NCBI GenBank assembly: GCA_963767925.1 | Contig: CAVYGB010000008.1 | Coordinates: 2,784,001 to 2,848,000, forward strand | DNA length: 64,000 nt | Reading direction: 5' to 3' | DNA from: an uncultured delta proteobacterium | Lineage (GTDB): Bacteria; Myxococcota_A; Polyangia; Fen-1088 | Notes under the pieces: generated by a model | What the model was told of the DNA's origin: nothing | The model's input: only the letters and a program-made list of their open reading frames with translations | Database searches by the model: none | Shown here: positions 31,078-42,710 of the stretch, piece by piece | Layout of the letters: every line of letters begins with the position of its first letter | Position numbering within the stretch: the stretch's first letter is position 1 | Program-made: the position numbers and the translations under genes

Positions 31078-32782
31078 CCGGGGACGGACCCAGCGGCTGG
31101 TAACGGACGGCTGGCGCCCGGCGCTCGACCGCCGACTCGGCCGCCTGGGCCAGCCGCAGGAGCAGGTGCTCCTGCCACCAGCGGCCGATCGCCTGCATGC
31201 CGACCGGCAGGCCGGCCGCGGTGTAGCCGGCCGGGAAGCTGATGGCCGGCAGCCCGGTGAAGTTGGCGGCCACGATGAAGCGCATGAGCGCCGACAGGGT
31301 CACCAGGTCGGACTCCCCGGCGGCGAGCGCCTGCGGGCGGATCACCGGCGCCGGGCAGGCGGTGGTGGGCGTGACGATGACGTCGACCTTGGCGAGGGCG
31401 GCCCGGAAGTGGGCGATCGATTCGGTGCGCACCCGCTGGGCCAGCAGGTAGTCACGGCCGGTGAAGGTGCGGGCCACCGCGATGTTGATGCGCGTCTCGG
31501 CCGAGAGCTGGTCCTGCCGGCCGCGGGCGTAGACGCTCTCGAGGGCGCTCGCGATCTCGGTGACGATGGTGATGGCGTGGCCCACCCGCAGCGGCTCGAG
31601 CTCCGGGATCTCGAGGTCGACCAGGTGGGCCCCCTGCCGCTCGAGGAAGGCGAGGGTCCCCTCGCAGGCCCGCACCAGCGCCGGGTCGGCGTCCTGGAAC
31701 CAGGCGCGGTACACGCCGAGGCGCAAGCCGGCGACGCCGTCGTGGAGGCCCGCGAGGATCACCGGGGGCCCGCCGGCGGAGATGGAGTCGAGGGGATCGG
31801 GTCCCGCGCAGGTGGCGTAGGCCAGCGCGCAGTCGAGGGCGGTGGCGGCCAGCGGACCGACGTGGGCCACCGTCCAGCAGATGGGAAAGGCCCCCTGCTC
31901 GCTGACCCGGCCGAAGGTCGGCTTCAGGCCGACCACGCCGCACAGGGCGGCGGGGATGCGGATCGAGCCGCCGCCGTCGGCCCCCAGGGCGATCGGCACC
32001 AGGCCCGAGCCGACCGCCGCACCCGCCCCGCTCGAGGAGCCACCGCTGGCCCGCTCCGGATCCCAGGGGTTCCGGCAGAAGCCGGTGTGGGGGTTCATGC
32101 CGGTGACCCCCAGGCCGATCTCGTGCATGTTTGTCTTGCCCACCAGCAGGGCCCCGGCCGCGCGCAGGCGGGCGACCGGGGTGGCGTCGGCGCGGGCCGG
32201 CGCGGTCCCGAAGACGCGGGTGCCGGCGGTCGTGGGATAGGGGACCTGGTCGAGCTCGTCCTTGACCGCGACTGGCACGCCGTCGAGCAGGGACAGCGGA
32301 TTGCCCCGGCGCCAGCGCTCGGCCGAGGCGCGGGCCTGCTGGCGGACGTCCGCCTCGTCGCAGGCGATGATGGCCCGCAGCGGCGGCGAGCGCTGGTTCG
32401 AATCGCGGATGCCAGCCAGCACCGCCTCGGCCACCCCCTCGGGGCTGACGCGGCCGTCGCGGTAGGCCTGTCCGTAGTCGCGGGCGCCGATGCGTCCCCC
32501 CGCCGGGGGCGCGGCCGCGGCCAGCCGGTCGAGCTCGGCGGCGGTGACGGCCGGGCGGGCCCGGCTGTCCGGGTCAGGCTCGATCCACGGCAAGAAGGTG
32601 GGCGCCGCCTCGCTGGGCCGGCGGCGGAGCTGGGTGATCCCCATATCGGCCAGCAGCTTTGGCGCGAGGAGGGCCCGGAGCAGCGGCACCTCGAGGACCC
32701 GGGCCAGCAGGCGGAGGGCCCCGCCGGTCAGCCGGGGCGCCTTCACCGGCGCGAGATCGTAGGACACGTACCGGAATAACAT
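31067..32782 (-). CDS. Amidase-signature enzyme (fatty acid amide hydrolase-like)
   Basis: GVPVAVKD, GKTNMHE, GGSSSG, GADGGGSIRIPA. Confidence 0.93.
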   Translation of the reverse strand: MLFRYVSYDLAPVKAPRLTGGALRLLARVLEVPLLRALLAPKLLADMGITQLRRRPSEAAPTFLPWIEPDPDSRARPAVTAAELDRLAAAAPPAGGRIGARDYGQAYRDGRVSPEGVAEAVLAGIRDSNQRSPPLRAIIACDEADVRQQARASAERWRRGNPLSLLDGVPVAVKDELDQVPYPTTAGTRVFGTAPARADATPVARLRAAGALLVGKTNMHEIGLGVTGMNPHTGFCRNPWDPERASGGSSSGAGAAVGSGLVPIALGADGGGSIRIPAALCGVVGLKPTFGRVSEQGAFPICWTVAHVGPLAATALDCALAYATCAGPDPLDSISAGGPPVILAGLHDGVAGLRLGVYRAWFQDADPALVRACEGTLAFLERQGAHLVDLEIPELEPLRVGHAITIVTEIASALESVYARGRQDQLSAETRINIAVARTFTGRDYLLAQRVRTESIAHFRAALAKVDVIVTPTTACPAPVIRPQALAAGESDLVTLSALMRFIVAANFTGLPAISFPAGYTAAGLPVGMQAIGRWWQEHLLLRLAQAAESAVERRAPAVRYQPLGPSPVRA

Positions 32783-32853
32783 GTCCCGGGGCAGGCACGG
32801 AGCGGCGATTGGCTCCGGCCGGCCCCACCCGCTACGCTGGATCGAGCCCCCCG

Positions 32854-34001
32854 ATGACCGAGCTGCACGAGCCCACCATCGCCACCGAAGGCCTGCGCCC
32901 GACCCACGTCGAGATCGATCTCGACCGACTGGCGGCCAACTACCAGGCCATCGCCGCCCACGTGGCCCCCGCCCGGGTGATGCCCATCCTGAAGGCCAAC
33001 GCCTACGGGCACGGGCTGGTGGAGGTCGCGCGCGTGCTCGAGCGGATCGGGGCCCCCTACCTGGGGGTGGCCTACCTCGAGGAGGGCCTGCGCCTGCGGC
33101 AACAGGGCGTGCGCATGCCGGTGCTGGTGCTGGGCGGGATCATCGGCTCGCAGATCCCCCGCTTCCTGGAGAACGACCTCACGTTGACCGCCTCCTCGGT
33201 CGACAAGCTGCGGGCCATCGAGGAGCAGGCGGCGGCGGCCAACACGACAGCCACCGTCCACCTCAAGATCGACACCGGCATGGGCCGGATCGGCGTGCAG
33301 TGGTACAGCGCCGAGGCCCTGCTGGAAGAGTCGCTGCGCTGCCGGCGGGTGCGGGTCGAGGGGATCTTCACCCACCTGGCCAACGCCGACGGCCCCGACG
33401 TGAGCCACGCCCGCCTGCAGCTCGAGCGCTTCGCCGAGGTGCTCCGCTTCTACGAGCGGCGCTCGCTGCCCACGCCGCTGCGCCACGCGGCCAGCTCGGG
33501 GGCGATCCTGCAGCTCCCCGACAGCTACCTCGACCTGGTCCGGCCGGGCATCCTGTTTTACGGCGCCACCCCGGCGGCCGGCCTGCCGCTCACCGTGCCG
33601 GTGGCTCAGGCCGCGCGCTGGATCACCCGGGTGGTCTTCTTCAAGGTGGTCAAGCCCGGCAACCCGGTCAGCTACGGCTCGGAGTGGACGCCCGCCCAGC
33701 CCACCCGGGTCGTGACGCTGCCGGTGGGCTACGGCGACGGGTACGGCCGGGCGATGTCGGGCAAGGCGCAGGTGCTCCTGCACGGCAAGCGCTACCCGGT
33801 GGTCGGCCGCATCTGCATGGATCAGGTGATGGTCTCGGTCGGCTGGGACTCGGCCTACAACGGCGACGAGGCGGTGCTGCTCGGCAGCCAGGGGCAGGCG
33901 TCGATCCCGATCGAGGAGCTGGCCGGCTGGGCCGGCACCATCCCCCACGAGGTGCTGACCACCATCAACACGCGTGTCCCCCGCGTGTATCGTGGGGGCT
34001 G

Positions 34002-34002
<1 letters not shown>
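32854..34002 (+). CDS. alr: Alanine racemase
   Basis: LKANAYGHG, HLKIDTGMGRIG, VSYG, GYGDG, GRICMDQ, GTIPHE. Confidence 0.95.
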
Positions 34003-35206
<1,204 letters not shown>

Positions 35207-35210
<4 letters not shown>

Positions 35211-36244
35211 ACGACCCCACGGCCCAGCCCCACCGGCGGCGCAACCCCCTCACCGGGCAGTGGGTGCTGGTCTCGCCGCACCGGCTGGATCGGCCCTGGC
35301 AAGGCCGGACCGAGCCGCCGCCGGGCGGCAGCGGGCGGCCGGCGCACGATCCCGGCTGTTATCTCTGCCCGGGCAACCGGCGGGCGGGGGGCGCGGTCAA
35401 CCCGGACTACCGGCAGACCTTCGTGTTCGACAACGACTTCAGCGCCTTGCGCCCCGCTGTCCCCGCGCCCGCCGACGCCGTGGCCGTCACGGCCGATCCG
35501 CTGTTCGAGAGAGAGGCGGTGGCCGGGACCTGCCGGGTTGTCTGCTTCTCCCCCCGCCACGATCGCACCCTGGCCGACCTCCTCCCGGCCGAGATCGAGA
35601 CCGTGATCGAGACCTTCGCCGCCGAGACCGCGGCGCTGGGCGCCCGCTACCGCTGGGTGCAGGCCTTCGAGAACAAGGGGGAGATCATGGGCTGCTCGAA
35701 CCCCCATCCCCACGGCCAGGTCTGGGCCACCAGCAGCCTGCCGAACGAGGCGACCCTGGAGGACCGGGAGCAACGGGCCTACTTCCAACGGCAGGGCCGG
35801 CCCTTGCTGCTCGACTACGCCGAGCGCGAGGCGGCGGCCGGCACCCGGGTGGTGCTGGAGACGCCCAACTTCCTGGCGGTGGTCCCCTTCTGGGCGGTGT
35901 GGCCCTTCGAGACCCTGATCCTCGCCCGCCAGCCCCTGGCCCGCCTGCCCGACCTGGCGCCGGCGCAGCGGCAAGACCTGGCGCAGGCCCTGGGCCGCCT
36001 GCTGCGCGCCTACGATCGCCTGTTCGGGGTCTCCTTCCCCTATTCGATGGGCTGGCACGGGGCCCCCTTCGAGGCCGGGTCCCAGGCCCACTGGGTGCTG
36101 CACGCCCACCTCTTTCCACCCCTGGTGCGGTCGGCGGCGATCAAGAAGTTCATGGTGGGCTACGAGATGCTGGCCGAGCCCCAGCGCGACCTGACGCCCG
36201 AGTCCGCCGCCGAGCGCCTGCGGGCGCTCGTGACGGGCCCTTGA
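35207..36244 (+). CDS. galT: Galactose-1-phosphate uridylyltransferase
   Basis: HRRRNPLTG, CYLCPGN, GCSNPHPHGQ, KKFMVGYE; ATGA overlap. Confidence 0.96.
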
Positions 36245-36256
36245 CTTCGTCTCCGT

Positions 36257-36271
36257 TTAGACGCAGTCTAA
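36257..36271. promoter_or_regulatory. Per-box-like palindrome over the promoter of the Fur-family gene
   Basis: TTAGAC-GCA-GTCTAA; TTGACT at 36241 with CAGTCT 17 bp downstream. Confidence 0.65.
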
Positions 36272-36276
36272 GTGAC

Positions 36277-36690
36277 GTGAAGGAGACGCTGGTCGACATG
36301 CTCAAGGAGCGGGGGATTCAGCCCTCCGCGCAAAGGATGGCGGTGGCGCAATACGCCCTCACCACCACCGAGCACCCCTCGGCCGACCAGGTCTGGGACC
36401 GGGTCCGACGCAGCTTCCCGTTCATCTCCCGGGCCACCGTCTACAACACCCTCAACCTGTTCGTGACCAAGGGCCTGCTGCAGCCGCTGGTGCTGGCGGA
36501 GGGCAAGGTCGTGTTCGACCCCAAGACGGAGCCCCACCACCACTTCATCGACGACCAGACCGGCAGCATCCACGACGTCGCGTGGGACGCCCTGGAGGTC
36601 AAACACGTGCAGAGCCTGCGGGGCTACGACGTCCGGGCCTACCAGGTGGTCATGCGCGGCCGCCGCAAGGGGGGCACGCGCAGCACCTGA
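36277..36690 (+). CDS. Fur-family regulator lacking CXXC motifs (PerR/Irr-like); start GTG 36277 or ATG 36298
   Basis: HPSADQV, ISRATVYNTL, HHHFID; lies directly upstream of ahpC. Confidence 0.88.
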   Translation: MKETLVDMLKERGIQPSAQRMAVAQYALTTTEHPSADQVWDRVRRSFPFISRATVYNTLNLFVTKGLLQPLVLAEGKVVFDPKTEPHHHFIDDQTGSIHDVAWDALEVKHVQSLRGYDVRAYQVVMRGRRKGGTRST

Positions 36691-36718
36691 CCGGCACCTC
36701 CTCCGCTGCCCATCGGGC

Positions 36719-36741
36719 GGTCGCTGCGGCGACCTTTTTTT
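36719..36741 (+). terminator. Rho-independent terminator
   Basis: GGTCGC-TGCG-GCGACC followed by T7. Confidence 0.8.
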
Positions 36742-36752
36742 GGGCACCTAGA

Positions 36753-36767
36753 TTAGACAGATTCTAG
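36753..36767. promoter_or_regulatory. Per-box-like site upstream of ahpC
   Basis: TTAGACAGATTCTAG, same geometry as the site at 36257, in an AT-rich promoter region. Confidence 0.6.
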
Positions 36768-36845
36768 ATCACAACTCAATCTAGTTAAATAACAATTCCA
36801 GAACAAGACCATTACAGGACCGTAACAAGCAAGGAGCTGGCACAG

Positions 36846-37385
36846 ATGTTGACCGTAGGAGACAAGTTCCCGTCCGTGACCGCCACGGCGGTTGTTAGCC
36901 TCGACAAGGGCAAGGAGTTCGCGCAGGTGAACACCGGCGGTAGCCCCGACAAGTGGAAGGTGATCTTCTTCTGGCCGAAGGATTTTACCTTCGTTTGTCC
37001 GACCGAGATCGCGGCCTTCGGCAAGCGCTACAAGGACTTCAAGGAGCGCGACACCGAGGTGTTCGGCGTCAGCCACGACAACGAATACGTCCACCTGGCC
37101 TGGCGCAAGACCCACCCCGATCTGAAGGACATCCCCTACCCGATGGTCGCCGACGTCAAGCAGGAGCTGACCTCCGCCGCCGGGGTGATCCACAAGCAGG
37201 ACGGCGTCCCCCTGCGGGCCACCTTCGTCGTCGACCCGACCGGGATCGTCCGGCACGTCAGCGTCAACGACCTCTCGGTCGGCCGCAGCGTGGAGGAGAT
37301 CCTGCGCCTGATCGACGGCTTCCAGACCGACGAGCTGTGCCCCTGCAACTGGCAGCCGGGACAGCCCACCCTGGAGGCGGCCTAG
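36846..37385 (+). CDS. ahpC: 2-Cys peroxiredoxin
   Basis: FWPKDFTFVCPTE, ELCPCNW; AAGGAG RBS. Confidence 0.96.
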   Translation: MLTVGDKFPSVTATAVVSLDKGKEFAQVNTGGSPDKWKVIFFWPKDFTFVCPTEIAAFGKRYKDFKERDTEVFGVSHDNEYVHLAWRKTHPDLKDIPYPMVADVKQELTSAAGVIHKQDGVPLRATFVVDPTGIVRHVSVNDLSVGRSVEEILRLIDGFQTDELCPCNWQPGQPTLEAA

Positions 37386-37387
37386 TC

Positions 37388-37945
37388 ATGCCCGGGCTCG
37401 ACGCCATCCGTGAGGCTCTGCCCGAGGCGGCCAAGGACATCCGACTGAACCTCGGCTCGGTCTTGCAAGGTGGGGCGTTGAGCCCGGGCCAGCGGTGGGG
37501 GGTGGCGGTCGCCTCGGCGATCGCCGCCCGCAACCCCGCCCTGCGCGACGCCGTGCTGGTCGACGCCGGGGCCGCCGGGATCCCGGCGGCGGTGGTGGAG
37601 GACGCCCGCGCGGCCGCCGCGCTCATGGCGATGAACAACGTCTACTACCGCTTCCGCCACCTGATCGGAAAGGCGGCCTACTCCGACAAGCCGGCCCGCC
37701 TGCGCATGAACCGGCTGGCCAGGCCGCTCACCAGCAAGGTCGACTTCGAGCTCTATTCGCTGGCGGTCAGCGCCATCAACGGCTGCGAGAACTGCCTGCG
37801 CTCCCACGAGGAGGCGGTGCTGGCGGGCGGGCTCAGCGAGGAGCACGTCCACGACGCCGTCCGCATCGCCGCCACCATCCAGGCCGCGGCGGTGAGCCTG
37901 GAGCTGGGCGCCGGGGCCGACCTGTCGGTCGGCGCTGCCGCCTGA
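37388..37945 (+). CDS. ahpD: Alkyl hydroperoxide reductase D
   Basis: MAMNNVYYRF, SAINGCENCLRSHE. Confidence 0.95.
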   Translation: MPGLDAIREALPEAAKDIRLNLGSVLQGGALSPGQRWGVAVASAIAARNPALRDAVLVDAGAAGIPAAVVEDARAAAALMAMNNVYYRFRHLIGKAAYSDKPARLRMNRLARPLTSKVDFELYSLAVSAINGCENCLRSHEEAVLAGGLSEEHVHDAVRIAATIQAAAVSLELGAGADLSVGAAA

Positions 37946-37981
37946 CCGAAGAAAAGAGGAAAAGGAGAGAGCCGCCGGCAG

Positions 37982-38008
37982 GTGCGGGACCCCCTCCGGG
38001 TCCCGCAC
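37982..38008. terminator. GC-rich hairpin after ahpD, possibly a terminator or RNA stabiliser
   Basis: GTGCGGGACCC-CCTCC-GGGTCCCGCAC; no U-tract on the + strand. Confidence 0.5.
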
Positions 38009-38240
38009 ACACGTGGCACGCGACACGGCTGTCGTGGTCTCCGGCCTGTACGAGGGGCGTCTCGCCGGGAGAACGGTTCGCAGCGGCGGGGCGCAGCGCC
38101 GGCCCTGCCAGGCCACGTGTGAAACGCTGCCGCCCCTCGGCACGGCGCCTTAACGTGCCGGCGTGTCGATCCGCCGCCGAACGCGGTGAAGCTTCGCCGG
38201 CGGGGCTGCGCGGGCGCGTGTTAAATTAGCCCTCTGGCTC

Positions 38241-40859
38241 GTGCGAGTCCCGCGCGCGAGCCGAGGCCGTCCCGTGCAAGCCTTCGAAAAACGCGAGAAC
38301 CCGCACAGAGGCCGCGCTCGGATCGCGGCCCTCCGGCTTTCCGCGGCGCTCCTGCTGTCCGCGACGGTGGCGCTGCCCGCGGCGGCCGCCGAGCTCCCCG
38401 AGGCGGAGAAGCTGCTGGCGACCGGCAAATATGCCGAGAGCGAGGCGGCGGCCCGGCAGGCCATCCGGGAGGGCGCCGCGGGCCTGGGCTGGAACCAGCT
38501 CCTGGCGCGGGTGCTGCTGGTCACTGGCCAGCGCAGCAAGGCCGCCGAGCTGGTCGGCGTGCTCGTCGATCGCTACCCGTCCGACCTCGAGACGCTGGCC
38601 CTGGCCCACGACATCTACCGGGCGGCCGGCGAGAGCGAGAAGGCCGCCGCGGTGTTGACCCGCCTGCGGGCGGTGGCGAGCGCCCCCGGGGCCCTCATCG
38701 ACTCGGCCGAGGGGCTGGTGGCGGCCGGCCGGGCGGCGCTGCTGGCGGGCGACGAGCCGAAGAGCGTCCTGTCGACCTACTTCGAGGAGGCGACCCGCCG
38801 CGATCCCAAGTGCAAGGCGGCCTACCTGGCCGCCGGCGCCCTGGCGCTCGAGAAGAACGACGACAACCTGGCGTCCGAATGGTTCCGCCGGGGGCTGGCC
38901 CGCCTGGGGGCCGACGCCGACCTGCACGCCGGCCTGGCCCGGGCCTTCTACGAGTCCGACCGGCTGGAGATGGTCGCCGCCATCGACGCCGCCCTTCATC
39001 TGAATGCGCGTCATCCGGGCGCGCTGCTCCTGCGCGCCGAGCACGAGATCGATGGCGAGGACTACGCCGGCGCCCGCAAGACGCTCGAGCGCGTCCTGGC
39101 CGTCGACGCCGCCGAGCCGTCGGCCTGGGCCTTCCAGGCGGTGATCGCCCACCTGCACAACGACCCGGCCGCCGAGGCCCGGGCCCGGCAGCGGGCCCTC
39201 GCTACCTTCCCGAAGAACCCCGCGGTCGACGCCCTCATCGGCCGCAAGCTGTCGCAGAAGTACCGCTTCACCGAGGGGGCGGCCGCCCAGCGGCGGGCCC
39301 TGGCCTTCGACCCCGGTCACCTCCCGGCCAAGGCCCAGCTCGCCCAGGACCTGCTGCGCCTGGGACACGAGAAGGAAGGCTGGCAGCTCGCCGAGGAGGT
39401 GCACGAGCGCGACGGCTACGACGTGGTGGCCTACAACCTGGTCACGCTGCGGGGCAACCTGGCCAAGTTCGAGACCCGCAAGCAGGGCAGCTTCGTGGTC
39501 CGGATGGACCCCCGCGAGGCCAGCGTCTACGGCGACGAGCTGCTGGCCCTCCTGAAGGAGGCCAGCGCCCGGGTCGACCCCAAATACGGCTGGCAGGCCA
39601 GCGCCCCGGTGACGGTCGAGGTGTTCCCCGACCAGGCCGACTTCGCGGTGCGGACCTTCGGCATGCCCGGCGGAGCCGGCTACCTCGGCGTCTGCTTCGG
39701 CCCCCTCATCACCATGAACAGCCCTGCGGGCACCGGCGCCGCGATGGTGAGCTGGCGGTCGGTGCTCTGGCACGAATACACCCACGTCGTCACGCTGGGG
39801 CTCACCGGCAACAAGATCCCCCGCTGGCTGAGCGAGGGGATCTCGGTCCACGAGGAGCTGTCCCGGGACCCCACCTGGGGCCAGGGCATGACCCCCCGCT
39901 ACCGGGAGATGGTGCTGGGCGGCGAGCTGACCCCCATCTCGAAGCTGAGCAGCGCGTTCCTCAGCCCCCGCACGCCCGAGCACCTGGTGTTCGCCTACTA
40001 CCAGTCGGCGCTGGTGGTGGAGTTCCTTGTCGAGCGCTACGGGCACGAGGCCCTGCGGGCGGTGCTCAAGGACCTCGGCGCGGGGGTGGAGATCAACAAG
40101 GCGCTGGCCAGCCGGGCGGCGCCCCTGGCCGACCTGGAGAAGGCCTTCGACGCGTTCGCCCGCACCCGGGCCGAGGCCCTGGCCCCCAAGGCCGACTTCG
40201 AGCAGCCCGAGGTGGCGGAGATGCGCGGGGAGATCGGCGCGGTGGCCGCCCGCTGGCGGCGCCGCCACCCCAACAGCGTATGGGCCCTGGTCGAGGAGGG
40301 GCGCCAGCTCGTGGCCTCGGGCGAATACGCCCGGGCCCAGCCCCTGCTGGAGAAGGCCATCGCCCTGCACCCCGAGCAGCGGGGCGCGGACAACGCCTAC
40401 CTGCTGCTGGCCACCGTCCACCGGAAGCTGGGCCGCACCGCCGAGGAGCGGCGCACCCTGGAGCAGCTCGCGACGCGGGCCTCGGACGCCCTGCCCGCCT
40501 ACAGCCGCCTGATCGAGCTGGCCGACGCGGCCCGCGACAACCGGGCGCTCGCCGCCAACGCCGATCGCTTGCTGGGCGTCAGCCCCATGGGCGAGGCGGG
40601 GTGGCGCGCGCTCGGGCGGGCCCTCGAGGCGGGCGAGGGCGCCGATCCGACCCGGTCGGCGGCGGCCTACGAGCGCCTGCTCCTGCTGGAGCCGGCCGAT
40701 CAGGTCGACACGCGCTACCGCCTGGCCCGGCTGCTGCGGGGGCGCAACCTCAAGCGCGCCCGCCACCACCTGCTGGAGGCGCTGGCCGAGGCGCCCCGGT
40801 TCCGGGAGGGTTACCGGCTGCTGCTCGAGCTCGGGGGGAAGAAGGAGGCGAGCCGATGA
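38241..40859 (+). CDS. Secreted TPR protein with peptidase MA-like (gluzincin) domain
   Basis: Signal peptide, many TPRs, WHEYTH...PRWLSEG. Confidence 0.88.
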   Translation: MRVPRASRGRPVQAFEKRENPHRGRARIAALRLSAALLLSATVALPAAAAELPEAEKLLATGKYAESEAAARQAIREGAAGLGWNQLLARVLLVTGQRSKAAELVGVLVDRYPSDLETLALAHDIYRAAGESEKAAAVLTRLRAVASAPGALIDSAEGLVAAGRAALLAGDEPKSVLSTYFEEATRRDPKCKAAYLAAGALALEKNDDNLASEWFRRGLARLGADADLHAGLARAFYESDRLEMVAAIDAALHLNARHPGALLLRAEHEIDGEDYAGARKTLERVLAVDAAEPSAWAFQAVIAHLHNDPAAEARARQRALATFPKNPAVDALIGRKLSQKYRFTEGAAAQRRALAFDPGHLPAKAQLAQDLLRLGHEKEGWQLAEEVHERDGYDVVAYNLVTLRGNLAKFETRKQGSFVVRMDPREASVYGDELLALLKEASARVDPKYGWQASAPVTVEVFPDQADFAVRTFGMPGGAGYLGVCFGPLITMNSPAGTGAAMVSWRSVLWHEYTHVVTLGLTGNKIPRWLSEGISVHEELSRDPTWGQGMTPRYREMVLGGELTPISKLSSAFLSPRTPEHLVFAYYQSALVVEFLVERYGHEALRAVLKDLGAGVEINKALASRAAPLADLEKAFDAFARTRAEALAPKADFEQPEVAEMRGEIGAVAARWRRRHPNSVWALVEEGRQLVASGEYARAQPLLEKAIALHPEQRGADNAYLLLATVHRKLGRTAEERRTLEQLATRASDALPAYSRLIELADAARDNRALAANADRLLGVSPMGEAGWRALGRALEAGEGADPTRSAAAYERLLLLEPADQVDTRYRLARLLRGRNLKRARHHLLEALAEAPRFREGYRLLLELGGKKEASR

Positions 40860-41653
40860 GATGGCGCACGCGGCGACTGCTGATTCCGGTGGCGCTCCTG
40901 GCCGGGGGCATCGCCTTCGCCCAGACCGGCGACGAATACCTCGTCGACCGGGAGGGGGTGCCGACCTGGGAGAACGACAAGGAGAACCCGGACGACGTCT
41001 TCACCTTCGTGCGCATCAAGTACCCGAGCTACGGGCGGCGCTGGCGCGACGGCTGGTCGACCGACTACCCGGCCAGCGACCTCTACATGTCGTACCGCTT
41101 GCAGCAGCTCACCTCCCTGAAGGTGAACCCCAACCCCAAGGTGCTCGAGCTGACCGACCCGGCCCTGCTCGACTATCCCTGGATCTACGTCATCGAGCCG
41201 GGGGACATGGCCCTGGGGGACGAGGAGGTCAAGGCGCTGCGCCGCTACCTGCTGGGCGGCGGCTTCATGATGGTCGACGACTTCTGGGGCGAGCGGGAGT
41301 GGGCCAACTTCTACCAGGAGATGAAACGCGTCTTCCCCGAATACGAGCCGGTGGAGCTGGACGTCAGCCACCCCATCTTCAGCGCGGTGTTTCCCTTGAA
41401 GGAGAAACCCCAGGTCCCCTCGATCCACGCCTTCCGGGGTGGCCTCAGCTACGAGCGCTTTGACGCGCAGACGCCGCACTACAAGGCGCTGTTCGACGAC
41501 CAGGGCCGGATGATGGCCATCATCTGCCACAACACCGATCTCGGCGACGGCTGGGAGCGGGAGTCGGAGGACCCGGAGTACTTCCGGAAGTACTCCGAGC
41601 CGAAATCGTATCCAATGGGTATCAACATCATCTTTTACGCCATGACCCACTGA
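40856..41653 (+). CDS. DUF4159-family secreted protein
   Basis: FTFVRIKY, WSTDYP, LRRYLLGGGFMMVDDF, NTDLGDGWE, MGINIIFYAMTH; ATGA overlap. Confidence 0.9.
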   Translation: MRWRTRRLLIPVALLAGGIAFAQTGDEYLVDREGVPTWENDKENPDDVFTFVRIKYPSYGRRWRDGWSTDYPASDLYMSYRLQQLTSLKVNPNPKVLELTDPALLDYPWIYVIEPGDMALGDEEVKALRRYLLGGGFMMVDDFWGEREWANFYQEMKRVFPEYEPVELDVSHPIFSAVFPLKEKPQVPSIHAFRGGLSYERFDAQTPHYKALFDDQGRMMAIICHNTDLGDGWERESEDPEYFRKYSEPKSYPMGINIIFYAMTH

Positions 41654-41683
41654 GCCGGGTCAGACTCGATCGGATTTGCGACG

Positions 41684-42697
41684 ATGACGAACTCCGAGGA
41701 GCAGCAGCGGCATTACGAAGACGAGCGGGAGGCGGTGGCCCAGATCCGCCAGGCGCGGCAGAAGATCGCGGCCGAGCTCGGCAAGGTGATCGTCGGCCAG
41801 AGCGCGGTCATCGACCAGCTCCTGATCGCGGTGCTGTCGGGCGGGCACGGCCTGCTCACCGGCGCACCCGGGCTGGCGAAGACCCTGCTGGTAAAGTCGC
41901 TGGCCCAGCTCTTCGATCTGCGCTTCCAGCGCATCCAGTTCACGCCCGACCTCATGCCGGCCGACATCACCGGCACCGAGATCCTGCAGGAGACCGATCA
42001 GGGCCGGCGCATGGTGTTCGTCAAGGGCCCCATCTTCGCCAACGTGATCCTGGCGGACGAGATCAACCGGACGCCCCCCAAGACCCAGGCCGCCCTGCTC
42101 GAGGCGATGCAGGAGCAGCAGGTCACCGCCGCCGGCGTGGCCCACGTCCTCGAGCGCCCGTTCTTCGTGCTCGCCACCCAGAACCCGATCGAGATGGAGG
42201 GGACCTACCCCCTGCCCGAGGCCCAGCTCGATCGCTTCATGCTCAACGTCCTCATCGACTACTTGCCGGAGGACGACGAGCTGGCGGTGGTCATGGCGAC
42301 GACCTCCCAGCAGGCCCCCAAGCTGTCCCCGGTGTTCAGCGGGCCGGACCTGCTCCGCTTCCAGAAGGTCGTGCGCGGGGTCCCCATCGCCGAGGAGGTC
42401 GGGCGCTACGCGGTGCGGCTGGCGGCGGCCTCCCGGCCGCGCCGGGCCGGCACCCCCGAGTTCGTCAACGAGTGGGTGCGCTGGGGCGCGGGCCTGCGGG
42501 CGGCGCAGTTCCTCGTGCTCGGGGCCAAGACCCGGGCCCTGCTCGAGGGGCGCTTTCACGTGACCACCGACGACATCCGGGCGCTGGCGGCGCCGGTGCT
42601 GCGCCACCGGGTGCTGCTCACCTACCGGGCCGAGGCCGAGGGGGTGACCGTGGAGACCTTGATCGGGCGGCTGGTCGAGGCAGTCCCCGGGTTGTAG
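41684..42697 (+). CDS. MoxR-family AAA+ ATPase
   Basis: GAPGLAKT, RIQFTPDLMPADITG, LADEINRTPPKTQAALLEAM, ATQNPIE, LPEAQLDRF. Confidence 0.96.
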   Translation: MTNSEEQQRHYEDEREAVAQIRQARQKIAAELGKVIVGQSAVIDQLLIAVLSGGHGLLTGAPGLAKTLLVKSLAQLFDLRFQRIQFTPDLMPADITGTEILQETDQGRRMVFVKGPIFANVILADEINRTPPKTQAALLEAMQEQQVTAAGVAHVLERPFFVLATQNPIEMEGTYPLPEAQLDRFMLNVLIDYLPEDDELAVVMATTSQQAPKLSPVFSGPDLLRFQKVVRGVPIAEEVGRYAVRLAAASRPRRAGTPEFVNEWVRWGAGLRAAQFLVLGAKTRALLEGRFHVTTDDIRALAAPVLRHRVLLTYRAEAEGVTVETLIGRLVEAVPGL

Positions 42698-42710
42698 TCG
42701 GGAGGCGCCG

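Noticed and set aside
38010..38160. TGGCACG/CGGCACG as sigma54 -24 elements upstream of the MoxR operon
   Set aside because: No correctly spaced TTGC -12 element
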